Shown here piece by piece: positions 40,844-50,539 of a stretch of 64,000 nt of DNA. The first letter of the stretch is position 1. The number at the start of each line of letters is the position of its first letter. The stretch covers positions 33,908-97,907 of the forward strand of contig CASCZI010000001.1 in assembly GCA_949156565.1 (NCBI GenBank). The letters are read 5' to 3'. Source of the stretch: an uncultured Alphaproteobacteria bacterium (GTDB lineage: Bacteria > Pseudomonadota > Alphaproteobacteria > Rs-D84). A program made the translations under genes and the position numbers. Under the pieces are notes generated by a model. That model did no database searches and had not been told where the DNA came from. It saw only the letters and a list, made by a program, of their open reading frames with translations.

Positions 40844-41455
40844 TTAAAATTCATAGATATATAAACGGTGCGGATACTTTTTCCCCCCGTAACGAACACA
40901 TCCACAATTTAAATCAACAACGCGCACAGGGCGCACCCCATGCAATTGAAAATCCATCAAGATTAACACATCAAAACAGGACCGAAAATCGGCCAAACGC
41001 GGGGTTAATTTGGGCCCCAGATACGCCATTGCAATATCAAATTTTTCCCCCGATTTCATATATTGGAACGCATCCGCCCAAACGGTACGGGCACCCGGAC
41101 ACGTCCAATCGGCCATGGTCGATAAAAACGCCGACATAGGCATATTTTCAACGCCCACCGCCATCGCCCCGGTATGACGCGTGATATAACGGGTCAACCC
41201 CCCGTACCCCGATCCGATTTCAAGAATGCGCCGGGCGTGGGGGTAATACGTCTTTAATTCGTGAACCACCGCCGCCCGCAGGTAACGATTACTTGGGACA
41301 AATGGGGCCTGATGCCGGATCAGCACACACCACCCATATTCAATCAACTTTATCAATAAAACCAGATCAACAAGTGCAACCAGCGCGACGCACATATATA
41401 AAATAAATTTTATCACGATCATCATCACCCGTTTTTTCCCAATCAAATATACCAT
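40844..41455 (-). CDS. Class I SAM-dependent methyltransferase with N-terminal TM
   Basis: APFVPS; ILEIGSGYG. Confidence 0.8.
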   Translation of the reverse strand: MVYLIGKKRVMMIVIKFILYMCVALVALVDLVLLIKLIEYGWCVLIRHQAPFVPSNRYLRAAVVHELKTYYPHARRILEIGSGYGGLTRYITRHTGAMAVGVENMPMSAFLSTMADWTCPGARTVWADAFQYMKSGEKFDIAMAYLGPKLTPRLADFRSCFDVLILMDFQLHGVRPVRVVDLNCGCVRYGGKKYPHRLYIYEF

Positions 41456-41615
41456 AAATCTATTTTTATGTTATAATATTTATATCATCAAATACGCCAA
41501 GAATTTATATATGTGGATGCTGGCGGGCGTCGTGCACCATGGGCCGGGATCGCGGCAAAATCCCGTACCGACGCAACCTAATCATCATTGACCGCCCCAC
41601 GAACCAAATCTCTCA

Positions 41616-42575
41616 TCATTTTTCAAATACAACCACATGAGAATGGTCGGTGTATTTTTTCTGGGCCGCGAAAAATCCGGCAATATCGGGTTGGGTCAAC
41701 GCCATCCCCGTTATATTTTGAACAAACATCGCATAATGGTAATAGGTTAATTCTGTCTTTTGATAGGCTGAAATTTTTAAGTGATAAACCTGGGCTAAGT
41801 ATTCAAATGTCCGCTTTGAAAAATCAAACTGATGATGCGGGGGCAGATTTAAAACCCCATTACCATTAATACTTAAGATTCCATCTGGATCTGGGGTACT
41901 GATAATCAACCGGCCACCCGGCCGGACCAGGCGAACCGTGTTATTCATAAAGGCATGCGTATCAGAGACGTGCTCTAAAACTTCAAAATGACAAACGACG
42001 TCAAAACGTTCTTGGATCTGTTGAATGTCATCACAAACAACATTCAATCCGTGCGATGTGCATATTTGCGCGGCATGGGGGTTATATTCACTGCCCATCA
42101 CATGGGGAACAAGATGTTGGATTCTGGTTAAAAACGCACCATCCCCACATCCAATTTCCATCAAGGATTTGGGTCGATCTTTTTCAATCATTTCGGTCAC
42201 AATGCCGTATTCCGGGCGGAACGATGGATAATATTGCCCCGTTGATGCCAGGTGTTGATACAATTCGGGGGCATCGGGTAAATGATAATTATAATACGAC
42301 AAATCACATGTTTGGCATCGACGCTTTTCCAGAATTTTATGCCGATAAACATCTGCGATGGGGTTAAAACCACATCGCGTAACCCACCCATCAATCAGGG
42401 CATCAATTTGAAAAGCCCCCACCTGAACATAATGTCGATCCCCACACAGCGGACAACATGTCAATTCTTGGGGTGCCCCGATTTGATGCGTATAGGATAG
42501 GGGGTGCAGGTATCTGCAACCGGCATGCGGATCTTGAAAAATAAATCCCAAGAAATTTTTATTATATGCCTTCAT
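41616..42575 (-). CDS. Class I SAM-dependent methyltransferase with Zn ribbon
   Basis: CPLC...CQTC; MEIGCGDG; FEVLEHV; PGG. Confidence 0.85.
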   Translation of the reverse strand: MKAYNKNFLGFIFQDPHAGCRYLHPLSYTHQIGAPQELTCCPLCGDRHYVQVGAFQIDALIDGWVTRCGFNPIADVYRHKILEKRRCQTCDLSYYNYHLPDAPELYQHLASTGQYYPSFRPEYGIVTEMIEKDRPKSLMEIGCGDGAFLTRIQHLVPHVMGSEYNPHAAQICTSHGLNVVCDDIQQIQERFDVVCHFEVLEHVSDTHAFMNNTVRLVRPGGRLIISTPDPDGILSINGNGVLNLPPHHQFDFSKRTFEYLAQVYHLKISAYQKTELTYYHYAMFVQNITGMALTQPDIAGFFAAQKKYTDHSHVVVFEK

Positions 42576-42727
42576 TTTCTTTTCCCTTGTTTTAAATCAT
42601 TTGATGCCGCATCAAGATTTTTTGTTTATAAACCAGGCCGACACCATCAACCACAACCCCATGCGATCCCGCAGATCATTTAAATAAAATTTTATGTTGC
42701 CAAATTTCATCAATGCGATTGTAAATT

Positions 42728-43072
42728 CTATTTGTTTTCCAGTCTGAACCTTAAGATATAATATCTATCGATTGTTTCGGGTGCAAATTTTGTTCTGTCG
42801 GCAATTACAGCCCCGGAATAATCAATTTGTATATCCCCAAATTGGTCAGCAGTTATATCAACGACTTTACCATTAATTTTATTAAAATAATGCGAGTCCT
42901 TGCCGATTTTTATTTTATAAATATCGCCCCCAAACATATCTTGAATAATCATGGTTGTGACGGCACATTGGCCATACGATGGGACTTTCCCTGTTGTGCC
43001 ATAATAAGATGTATCTATCCCCCAAACGGATTCGAATTTTTTTCGCAAAAAGTTCACATCTATTGATTTCAT
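42728..43072 (-). CDS. YunG-like protein
   Basis: W..DTS, GQCAVT.MIIQD.FGG, HYFN, DITADQF. Confidence 0.8.
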   Translation of the reverse strand: MKSIDVNFLRKKFESVWGIDTSYYGTTGKVPSYGQCAVTTMIIQDMFGGDIYKIKIGKDSHYFNKINGKVVDITADQFGDIQIDYSGAVIADRTKFAPETIDRYYILRFRLENK

Positions 43073-43224
43073 TTAACTTTATGATTACAGATTCTCACTT
43101 GATTTGTCCACTTGTTTTCCGGCACCCAACCAATAAAATAATTCATCCAATGGTGAATTTATTCCACTTCTTTCCACAATCCGCCCCGCGCGACAGTTAT
43201 CCCAGTGACACGTTTTCATATATG

Positions 43225-43902
43225 TTATTGTTTCAAATACAGCATTTTTCCCGAAACTTTATCATACATTCCCGTCACACCGTCTTGATCTTTGGCCGGC
43301 ATCAGATCCATAATAATCCCATTACTGTCCCAGAATTTGGCATAATAAATATCCCCCAAAAATCGACGTGAATCAATACGCCCCTGATCTGCCAATGCCC
43401 CCAAGATCAAGTTAATCCCCATCTTATTATCAACATTTGTAAAATATGAAATATCCTGGGGTTGATCATTGATGGTAAAAATATTATTTTCCCATCGTAT
43501 TGTAATTTCCCCATCTGGGACAGATAAATCATTTCCACTAACCACAAACAGGCGTGGCGCCATCGCGTTTTTTTCAGATTCATCCAAATCTGCGCGAATT
43601 TCAAAATTCAAATCTGTTGTCGGGACAAAGCCTAAATCCATATAAGATGCCCCATCAAATCGCACAGATTCTATGCTGTCTTTAAATTCCGGCACAGTGT
43701 ACGTTATTGCGTTTAATCTTATCTTTACCCGCGCATTCGTGCCCGTCCCCAACGCGGAACAATATTTTTTACCATCCACACCGATGCATAACGCCGGTCG
43801 CACAACACTGTCTGAATCATGCATACAGCCAGATTTTATTGCCCATCGCAAATTATACGCTATGGTTGCAGGGCACTCGTTAGGACTTAAACTTCGCAAC
43901 AC
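43225..43902 (-). CDS. Shared module plus LamG/concanavalin-A-like domain, possibly 5'-truncated
   Basis: RPALCIGVDGKKYC module; FDGASYMDLGF...FLGDIYYAKFW..DLMPA..GMYDKVSG; TTG start doubtful. Confidence 0.55.
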   Translation of the reverse strand: MLRSLSPNECPATIAYNLRWAIKSGCMHDSDSVVRPALCIGVDGKKYCSALGTGTNARVKIRLNAITYTVPEFKDSIESVRFDGASYMDLGFVPTTDLNFEIRADLDESEKNAMAPRLFVVSGNDLSVPDGEITIRWENNIFTINDQPQDISYFTNVDNKMGINLILGALADQGRIDSRRFLGDIYYAKFWDSNGIIMDLMPAKDQDGVTGMYDKVSGKMLYLKQ

Positions 43903-43990
43903 TCGTTTTCGCTTACTCGTAGTCGAACCCGTCGTTTGCTTCGCAAACTTTTTCGCCGGTTCTCATCTCCGCACGTCCAGACCAAAACAA

Positions 43991-44013
43991 AAACCGACCA
44001 TCTGGTCGGTTTA
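43991..44013 (-). terminator. Terminator downstream of tRNA-Tyr
   Basis: AAACCGACCA-tc-TGGTCGGTTT with a T-rich tail on the minus strand. Confidence 0.75.
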
Positions 44014-44018
44014 TGTTT

Positions 44019-44105
44019 TGGTGGGAGTGGCTGGATTCGAACCAGCTCAGGCTTAAGCCAACAGATTTACAGTCTGCCCCGGCTCTCCAACTCCGGCGCA
44101 CGCCC
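44019..44105 (-). tRNA. tRNA-Tyr(GTA)
   Basis: Anticodon arm GCAGA-CTGTAAA-TCTGT, long variable arm, GGTTCGAATCC, encoded CCA. Confidence 0.95.
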
Positions 44106-44199
44106 GATCTCGTATAATCCACTTTATGCCCGCCTTTGTCCCATGGGACGACGGCACGACACTGAATTTCCAGACCGCGCTTCACTTGGTGGAAATTCG

Positions 44200-44274
44200 T
44201 GGTGCGGGCAGCGGGAATCGAACCCGCATTTCAAGCTTGGAAGGCTTGCATACTAGCCTTTGTACTATGCCCGC
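44200..44274 (-). tRNA. tRNA-Gly(TCC)
   Basis: GCGGGCA/TGCCCGC acceptor stem, CAAGC-CTTCCAA-GCTTG, GGTTCGATTCC, encoded CCA. Confidence 0.95.
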
Positions 44275-44424
44275 AACAAATCTAAAGCGTTCTGATTATA
44301 TATTATTTTTTGTTAAACGCAAGCTTTTATTCATTCCCCGTACAAAAATAAAAAATGCCAATTTATTATTGACAATAATTTCCGTTCTGTCTATTATAGT
44401 CATCCCATAAAAGGAGTAGCATAG

Positions 44425-45027
44425 ATGGATATTAATATAGCTGTTGAACAACATACATACAATTATGACATATATGATCAGCCCAGAAACATTTCTGTAA
44501 AATTACGCCATGGACCACGCACACGTATCATGACCCAGAAAAAAATAATACCGACCACATCACATGCGCCCCAAACATCGTCTGTAAAATCTGCTTTGAC
44601 GCAGCAAATGGATGGTGCATCGAATGGAACATGCCCCAAATATAAGCCCGCAACATTCCGTCCCCGTATGGCCAAGGTGGCATTGGCAAAATATTTTGAC
44701 AATGACGATCATGCCCCGGCGGGCCAATTCTGGTTGGACGATATTGCGGCCCAATATGCTGCGATGGCACCAAAATCCCAACCGATGATCAAAGATGATG
44801 CGGATTATGGAATAAAGTACCTCAGAAATTTAATCGACAGATATGCCGCAGAATTGGCAAAGGGGTATGAAGTCATTCAACAAATGCAAAATATAGAAGA
44901 CATCCGCACAGCGCGCTTTTTGGAAAAAAGACGCCAAAAATGGATGAATGAAATGACCAGAGCCTTTATCAAAGAGCAAAATGAACGCAACGCCCGGTTT
45001 GCGGAAAAAATTTGCAAATCAAAATAA
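44425..45027 (+). CDS. Hypothetical protein
   Basis: TTGACA-17-TATTAT promoter (44369-44397), AAGGAG RBS, terminator at ~45042-45076. Confidence 0.7.
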   Translation: MDINIAVEQHTYNYDIYDQPRNISVKLRHGPRTRIMTQKKIIPTTSHAPQTSSVKSALTQQMDGASNGTCPKYKPATFRPRMAKVALAKYFDNDDHAPAGQFWLDDIAAQYAAMAPKSQPMIKDDADYGIKYLRNLIDRYAAELAKGYEVIQQMQNIEDIRTARFLEKRRQKWMNEMTRAFIKEQNERNARFAEKICKSK

Positions 45028-45088
45028 CACCATACGCATGCATCCGCGGTTGCCCCCGGCGATCGCGGATTTTTTTACCCGCCTTATT

Positions 45089-45286
45089 TTACTTCAAGGT
45101 ATAGATCACCCCAGAGATGTTGATTTTAATTCCTGGGATAGCATTGTTGTATAAATTTCCATAGCAGATTCTGCCCGGCACACGCACCACAAGTCATGGT
45201 GACGTGTATTTAACCGGCAATAGCAGCGCGGTAACATTTCAGGCACGAACCAATAGCGCACTAAAAACGCAACTTTTTTCAGGCAT
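45089..45286 (-). pseudogene. Relic gene of the cassette family with two in-frame TGA codons (locus C)
   Basis: MPEKSCVFSALLVRA*NVTALLLPVKYTSP*LVVRVPGRICYGNLYNNAIPGIKINISGVIYTLK* aligns with the C-terminal module of 53965-54723. Confidence 0.7.
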
Positions 45287-45342
45287 AGCATTTTTACACT
45301 CTAGCCCAGGAATTATACCCATTTGCACGATTTTTTTTACAA
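45281..45342 (-). promoter_or_regulatory. Cassette leader C: promoter and single motif copy
   Basis: TTGTAA(45337-42)-19-TATAAT(45312-17)-TCCTGGG; CTATGCCT with ATG at 45286. Confidence 0.65.
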
Positions 45343-45396
45343 GGGAAAAATTGGGAATGGGTGCCCCAATCATGGTCCACGTCCGGGATCCCAAAA

Positions 45397-45515
45397 AAAG
45401 ACCACCCCGGGCTTCGCCCACCCCTCCACCGGAGGGGAACTTATATTCAGGCAGGTTTGGTCCAAGTTCTCCTCCCTCGAGGGAGTACCCCAAAGGGGGG
45501 GGGGAGATGGTCTTT
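45397..45515. repeat. REP/REPIN-like palindromic element
   Basis: AAAGACCACCCC...CCCCTCCACCGGAGGGGAACTT...AAGTTCTCCTCCCTCGAGGGAG...TGGTCTTT; homologous to 54928-55304. Confidence 0.7.
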
Positions 45516-45729
45516 AATCAGAACTCTGAAAACAGAATTGTCGTGGATGGGTTCTGGCGGGGAACTTAGACCCGAACTTAACCTCCCCTACTCTGCACTC
45601 TGAACACTAAGATCTGAAATTGGTGGTGTCCGGGTTCATAAAAATTCCGTACACCGTTTGTATTTTTTTGCGTCTTTGGTTTCCCGCGATATAGCCAAAT
45701 GCCCATATCGCGGGATTTGTTATCATAGA

Positions 45730-46425
45730 TTATTCGTTAATAATCTTTTCCATTTTTAAGATAAAGTCGATCGCCGGTTCGGTTATTTTTTGCACCTTGT
45801 TTAGGACATCTTGGGCGGCGGCCTTCATCTCTAAACGTTTATAGGTTTCAACAACCTCTTGTGTTTCATCGGCGTCGAAATGATCGTCATTTATCGCACG
45901 GGCGATTGCCAGTTCCCGTGCCGCCATATCGGCATATTTTTTTGAATTTTCTGGGCATCCCCGTTCGGATAACACAGCGTACGTTTTCGCGCGCACAATA
46001 CGTTCATCGGCATTGCTGCTTTCTGGATACAACCCTTGCAAAAGCATTTCTTCAATGATGGCACATGTCGTCATATCGGATGCGTTGGATGTATCTGATG
46101 TCGTATTGTCATGATGGGGTTTGTTGGGTTGGGATGCATATCGGGCACAATTTTGTGCAAACAAATCGTTATAGGATTGAAATACATCTGGATCAACATC
46201 ACGCGCATTAAGGGCCATGTTGCTGATCTGATTCTGCAAATTTCGGCAATCATCACGGGTCATCGCGGCAACATCGCCGGCATTCATCCCGTTTCCTTTG
46301 AACGTCATGCCGATCATCATGCCACAGATAAATAATCCCACAACCGCGATTAATCCCCAAATTTTTTGACGCCGCGAACAGCAACCCTGAATTGATATTG
46401 CTTTTGTTGAGGTTTGATTTTTCAT
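45730..46425 (-). CDS. Hypothetical membrane-anchored protein
   Basis: GAGG RBS; N-terminal TM; paired Cys. Confidence 0.7.
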   Translation of the reverse strand: MKNQTSTKAISIQGCCSRRQKIWGLIAVVGLFICGMMIGMTFKGNGMNAGDVAAMTRDDCRNLQNQISNMALNARDVDPDVFQSYNDLFAQNCARYASQPNKPHHDNTTSDTSNASDMTTCAIIEEMLLQGLYPESSNADERIVRAKTYAVLSERGCPENSKKYADMAARELAIARAINDDHFDADETQEVVETYKRLEMKAAAQDVLNKVQKITEPAIDFILKMEKIINE

Positions 46426-46453
46426 GTTAGTTTTCCTCCCTCTTGGTTTAAAA

Positions 46454-47164
46454 TTATTTTACAATTCCGTTATCAATCGTAATTGTTCGATCGGCACGCC
46501 CGGCCAATGTCATATCATGCGTCACGAACAGCATGGCCATCTTGGATTGACGCGTCAAATTCATCAGAATATCAAATACCGCCGATGCATGGGCGGGATC
46601 CAAACTGCCCGTGGGTTCGTCCGCCAATAAAATTTCCGGATTATTTGCCAGGGCCCGCGCCACGGCGGTCCGTTGTTGTTCCCCACCCGACATTTCGGCG
46701 GGAAAATGGGTGGCCCGATGTCCCACATCCGCGGCCCGCAATAATTTCAACGCCCGTGCACATGCCACGTCTTGATCAACGCCGGCGGCCAACATGGGCA
46801 ACATTACGTTTTCTGCGGCGGTAAAATCCGATAATAAATTATGCCGTTGATAAACAAATCCCATTTTATGGCGACGAATTTTGGTGCGGGCCGCTTCGTC
46901 CATTTTTTGAACCGGAACGCCATCGATTAAAATGCTGCCACTGGTGGGTTTATCCAACAATCCCACGCATTGCAATAATGTGGATTTCCCACTGCCGGAT
47001 TGCCCGACCAAGGCAACGATTTCCCCCCGATGCAGATCGAATCCCCCACCGCGCAAGATGTGCAATGGCTGGCCCCCTTCGACAAAGGTTTTTTTAATAT
47101 CGCGCACAGACATCACCACATCACCACGCCGCACCTGGGATAAAGAATTTAATATCGTTGTCAT
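46454..47164 (-). CDS. lolD: Lipoprotein-releasing ABC ATPase LolD
   Basis: GQSGSGKST, GFVYQ.H.LL.DFTA.ENV, MSGGEQQR, ADEPTG; operon with lolE. Confidence 0.9.
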   Translation of the reverse strand: MTTILNSLSQVRRGDVVMSVRDIKKTFVEGGQPLHILRGGGFDLHRGEIVALVGQSGSGKSTLLQCVGLLDKPTSGSILIDGVPVQKMDEAARTKIRRHKMGFVYQRHNLLSDFTAAENVMLPMLAAGVDQDVACARALKLLRAADVGHRATHFPAEMSGGEQQRTAVARALANNPEILLADEPTGSLDPAHASAVFDILMNLTRQSKMAMLFVTHDMTLAGRADRTITIDNGIVK

Positions 47165-47907
47165 TTTTCATCATCCTTTGTCTTGTTCATTGCGTCACGT
47201 GCCGATAACACCGCCCCCACAATTTTTTCGGCCCGATCGGGACGAATCATATATCCCGGATAAAAACCCATTGGATCAAAAATATGGGCATCCCGATTGC
47301 GTTGATCCATTGGTGTGTTCAAGAAATAATCAATATCTTCGGGGGCAAAACCATAATTTACGCCCATCAAGAAATCCAAGATCAAAAGATCATTGGTCAT
47401 ATCAACCCGAACACATTTCAATAATGGATTTAAATCCTTTAACCGGGTCACGTTATCACACGCAATGTCATGGGCATTTTTTTTCTGGACATCAATCCAA
47501 TCGGCCAACGCAACGCGCCCATCATCATCCAAATGCCCCAAGATTTGTTCTGTATCTTGGATTTCGCGATCGCACCAGGATGTAATTTGTTTGACCAACG
47601 CGTCATCTAAATCATTTATCGCGTTATCCATGCCCAAGTGGGTTATATCTTTATAATAATTTTTCGTATCTGTTATTTGACGTCGATATTCCACCCCGAG
47701 GATATAGCACAACCGTTGGACCTGATATTCAAAATCGCGTGGCGAGAGATTTTCGGGAAATCTATAATTATAAAACAATTGAAACGGCGGATTAACATAT
47801 TGACGTATTTTTTCATCAAACATCTGGGCAGATGAATCAAATGGAACATAAAGCATCGTGGACCGACGTACCAATTTATCCAAAAGAATCGCATTCTTGT
47901 CATTCAT
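47161..47907 (-). CDS. Hypothetical protein between lolE and lolD
   Basis: 248-aa ORF abutting both neighbours. Confidence 0.7.
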   Translation of the reverse strand: MNDKNAILLDKLVRRSTMLYVPFDSSAQMFDEKIRQYVNPPFQLFYNYRFPENLSPRDFEYQVQRLCYILGVEYRRQITDTKNYYKDITHLGMDNAINDLDDALVKQITSWCDREIQDTEQILGHLDDDGRVALADWIDVQKKNAHDIACDNVTRLKDLNPLLKCVRVDMTNDLLILDFLMGVNYGFAPEDIDYFLNTPMDQRNRDAHIFDPMGFYPGYMIRPDRAEKIVGAVLSARDAMNKTKDDEK

Positions 47908-47910
47908 TGG

Positions 47911-49170
47911 TTATTCATTCCGTAAAACATCCACCGGATCGGTCGCGGCCGCACGCCATGCCGGATACAATGTTGCCATAAATGCCAGCGCAATCGCAAT
48001 CAACGCAATCCCCAACACATCCGACCAAATCAATTTTGATGGCAATTCTGATAAATAATAAAGTTCGGCCGGAAACAAATCGCGTCCGGTTATCCATTGG
48101 AAAAATTGCCGGATGGGTTCGATATAAATCGCCACCACAACCCCAAGCAATGTTCCAATCCCCGCACCAATGACCCCAATACTGGTCCCGGTTAAAATAA
48201 AGATTCGCATCATTGACCGCCGCGATACCCCAAATGTGCGTAAGACGGCAATGTCTTTAGATTTATCTTTGACCAACATCACCAAGGAAGACACAATATT
48301 AAACGCCGCCACAATCACAATCAGCATTAAAATCAAAAACATGACATTACTTTCAACCTGTAACGCACCAACAAATCCGCGATTTAAATCACGCCAATCA
48401 CGCACCACAAATCCATCCGGCAAGAGGTGGGATAAACTCTCTGCGACGGCATGCGTGTTTTCTGGATCTTTTAAAAAGATATCAATATGCGTCACCGCAT
48501 CGTTAAGGTTTAGGTATTTTTGCGCGGTTTCCAGTGGCATAAAAATATATCCGGCATCATATTCATACATCCCCATAAAAAACGATGCCATAACGGGGTA
48601 TGCCATAATCCGGGGCATTGTTCCAAACGGTGTGGCGGTGCCCCCATTGGCCGATATCAATGATACCCGATCCCCCATCGTCACCCGTAAATTGCGCGTC
48701 AAAGAATTTCCCGCCACCAATTCGCCATCTTTGATCGTATCCAATTTCTTGCCATAGATACGCGTTCCATTTGCCGTTTTTGCGGCCAAATCCGCCATGC
48801 GAATGCCACGCACCATGGCCCCGGCATTATGACCATTTGCCGTCACCATCACTTGACCTTCGGCAATGGGAACAATTGATGTGGCCGCCGCTGCAACCAC
48901 GCGATTTTGACGCATTTTATCAATCAAGAAATCATAATCGGTGATGGCACCATCTTGGTGATAAACAACAACATGCCCGTTCATCCCAACAATCCGATTC
49001 AAGAGCGTGTCATGAAATCCCCCCATCACCGACATCACCACAATCAGTGTCGCGACACCCAACATAATCCCAATCAGCGACACCCACGAAATCACAGAAC
49101 CAAAGCCCCGCTTTTTCGCGCCCAGATACCGAAAGGCCACCTTTCTTTCCAGTCTTGAAAACAGCATCAT
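47911..49170 (-). CDS. lolE: Lipoprotein-releasing ABC permease LolC/E
   Basis: LGVATLIVVMSVMGGF, VAAFNIVSSLVMLVKDK, TLYPAWRAA..DPV..LR. Confidence 0.92.
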   Translation of the reverse strand: MMLFSRLERKVAFRYLGAKKRGFGSVISWVSLIGIMLGVATLIVVMSVMGGFHDTLLNRIVGMNGHVVVYHQDGAITDYDFLIDKMRQNRVVAAAATSIVPIAEGQVMVTANGHNAGAMVRGIRMADLAAKTANGTRIYGKKLDTIKDGELVAGNSLTRNLRVTMGDRVSLISANGGTATPFGTMPRIMAYPVMASFFMGMYEYDAGYIFMPLETAQKYLNLNDAVTHIDIFLKDPENTHAVAESLSHLLPDGFVVRDWRDLNRGFVGALQVESNVMFLILMLIVIVAAFNIVSSLVMLVKDKSKDIAVLRTFGVSRRSMMRIFILTGTSIGVIGAGIGTLLGVVVAIYIEPIRQFFQWITGRDLFPAELYYLSELPSKLIWSDVLGIALIAIALAFMATLYPAWRAAATDPVDVLRNE

Positions 49171-49180
49171 TATTTTTCCT

Positions 49181-50512
49181 TTATTCACTTAGGAATGCGC
49201 GCAATGCATCCCCCGCCAACGGCGTCGCATTTTGGTCCGCATCCACGATTGAAATAACACGGGGCGACATAAATACCACCAATTCGGCAAATGGCGAAAT
49301 CAATGTTTCCGGTGTCGTCACAAACGAATGTGTCGGAATACCAATAATCACGTAATTATCCCCCACATTCGATGGAATATCAAATGACGATAATTCCCCA
49401 CCCGATGTCCGCAGGACAATTTTCGCATCAATCTTTTTTTTGCCGCCATAATCACCATATTTCGCCGTGGCACCGATAATTAAATCTGTTTCTAAACGTT
49501 CTTCTTTGGTGCATTGACCAATATCAAACCGTGATTGCCATCCATTGGGGATCACAAATGTTCCCTGTGAAATCAAAACAACATTGGCCTGTTGATATAA
49601 AAATTCTTGTAACGTTTTGGTATTGATTTCCGGACTGACGACCAAGGCACGCCCCACAACGCCCGGAATCGACATCTTGATATTCTTTTCCCCAAATGCC
49701 GGCAACATATTCATCCACACGATGGGATTATCTGTGCGCGGATAAACACGATAAACATCAATATCCCACGCCAACATGTATTTTTTAGATGACACATCTG
49801 CGATTAAACGCGCCACTTCGCGTTCGGTTTGATAATTTCCTTCGAATGTGACGGTTTTGTCGGACCAATCCACCAACAAATTACGCAAATCCGCCCCACG
49901 CATCGCATCCAACAGGGCCATTATAATACTCTCGTCGCGGGGCATTTTAATTAACCATTTGGCCCGATTATCCAAATGCAATTCATTCGCCGACGCATCA
50001 TAGGAATAATAAACCCGCGCCATTTTGGTCATTAAATCCACCGCATCGGTTAATGTCCCAGATTGAATGCCGCCAGTGATTTTTTCAACCTGGGTCTGAT
50101 CTTCGATCACGGCAATATCGGTCCCATCTAATAATTTTTCCAATGCCTGCTTTGCCGTTAATCGCGAAAAATCATAATCCGATACCGCCAATTCGGGTAA
50201 TGGATCCCCCGCCCCCAGGCGAACAATTTCAATCTTTTCTTCGGGGACAACCGATACAACCGATTGATTATTCCAATCAACCCGACACCGTTTGGGCAAA
50301 TCAATGGAAAACCGCCGCGCCGTGTCGGTGGTTAATGCCGCCTTTTTCGGAAAGATCGGCACCGAATTTTCATCAATGACCAGATTTTCCACCACCGTAA
50401 CCGTGTCATAATCATTTTTCTGTTTTTCCGCACGCAATGCGGCACATCCCAAAATGGGCACAACCATCATCCATGTAACAATTTTTCCAAATGCGTTTTT
50501 AAATCCTGTCAT
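49181..50512 (-). CDS. Secretin-like lipoprotein (PilN/BfpB-like)
   Basis: Possible lipobox ILGC; FLYQQANVVLISQGTFVIPNGWQSRFDIG and ELVVFMSPRVI resemble secretin signatures. Confidence 0.55.
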   Translation of the reverse strand: MTGFKNAFGKIVTWMMVVPILGCAALRAEKQKNDYDTVTVVENLVIDENSVPIFPKKAALTTDTARRFSIDLPKRCRVDWNNQSVVSVVPEEKIEIVRLGAGDPLPELAVSDYDFSRLTAKQALEKLLDGTDIAVIEDQTQVEKITGGIQSGTLTDAVDLMTKMARVYYSYDASANELHLDNRAKWLIKMPRDESIIMALLDAMRGADLRNLLVDWSDKTVTFEGNYQTEREVARLIADVSSKKYMLAWDIDVYRVYPRTDNPIVWMNMLPAFGEKNIKMSIPGVVGRALVVSPEINTKTLQEFLYQQANVVLISQGTFVIPNGWQSRFDIGQCTKEERLETDLIIGATAKYGDYGGKKKIDAKIVLRTSGGELSSFDIPSNVGDNYVIIGIPTHSFVTTPETLISPFAELVVFMSPRVISIVDADQNATPLAGDALRAFLSE

Positions 50513-50539
50513 TTTCCCGCCCCTTGGCACACGTGTGCG

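Noticed and set aside
44106-44199. Third tRNA between tRNA-Gly and tRNA-Tyr
   Set aside because: Two hairpins only; no T-arm or acceptor stem
44264-44271. GGCATAGT shared by the tRNA-Gly 5' end and the cassette motif
   Set aside because: An 8-nt match is expected by chance
45089-45286. Genome-wide UGA recoding (code 4 or 25)
   Set aside because: trxB, ruvA and the FtsA-Rpe ORF end at TGA at expected lengths, and conserved genes have no internal TGA
45106-45603. Short ORFs over the palindromic repeats (also 54668-55354)
   Set aside because: Translations of repeat DNA with no RBS or protein motifs
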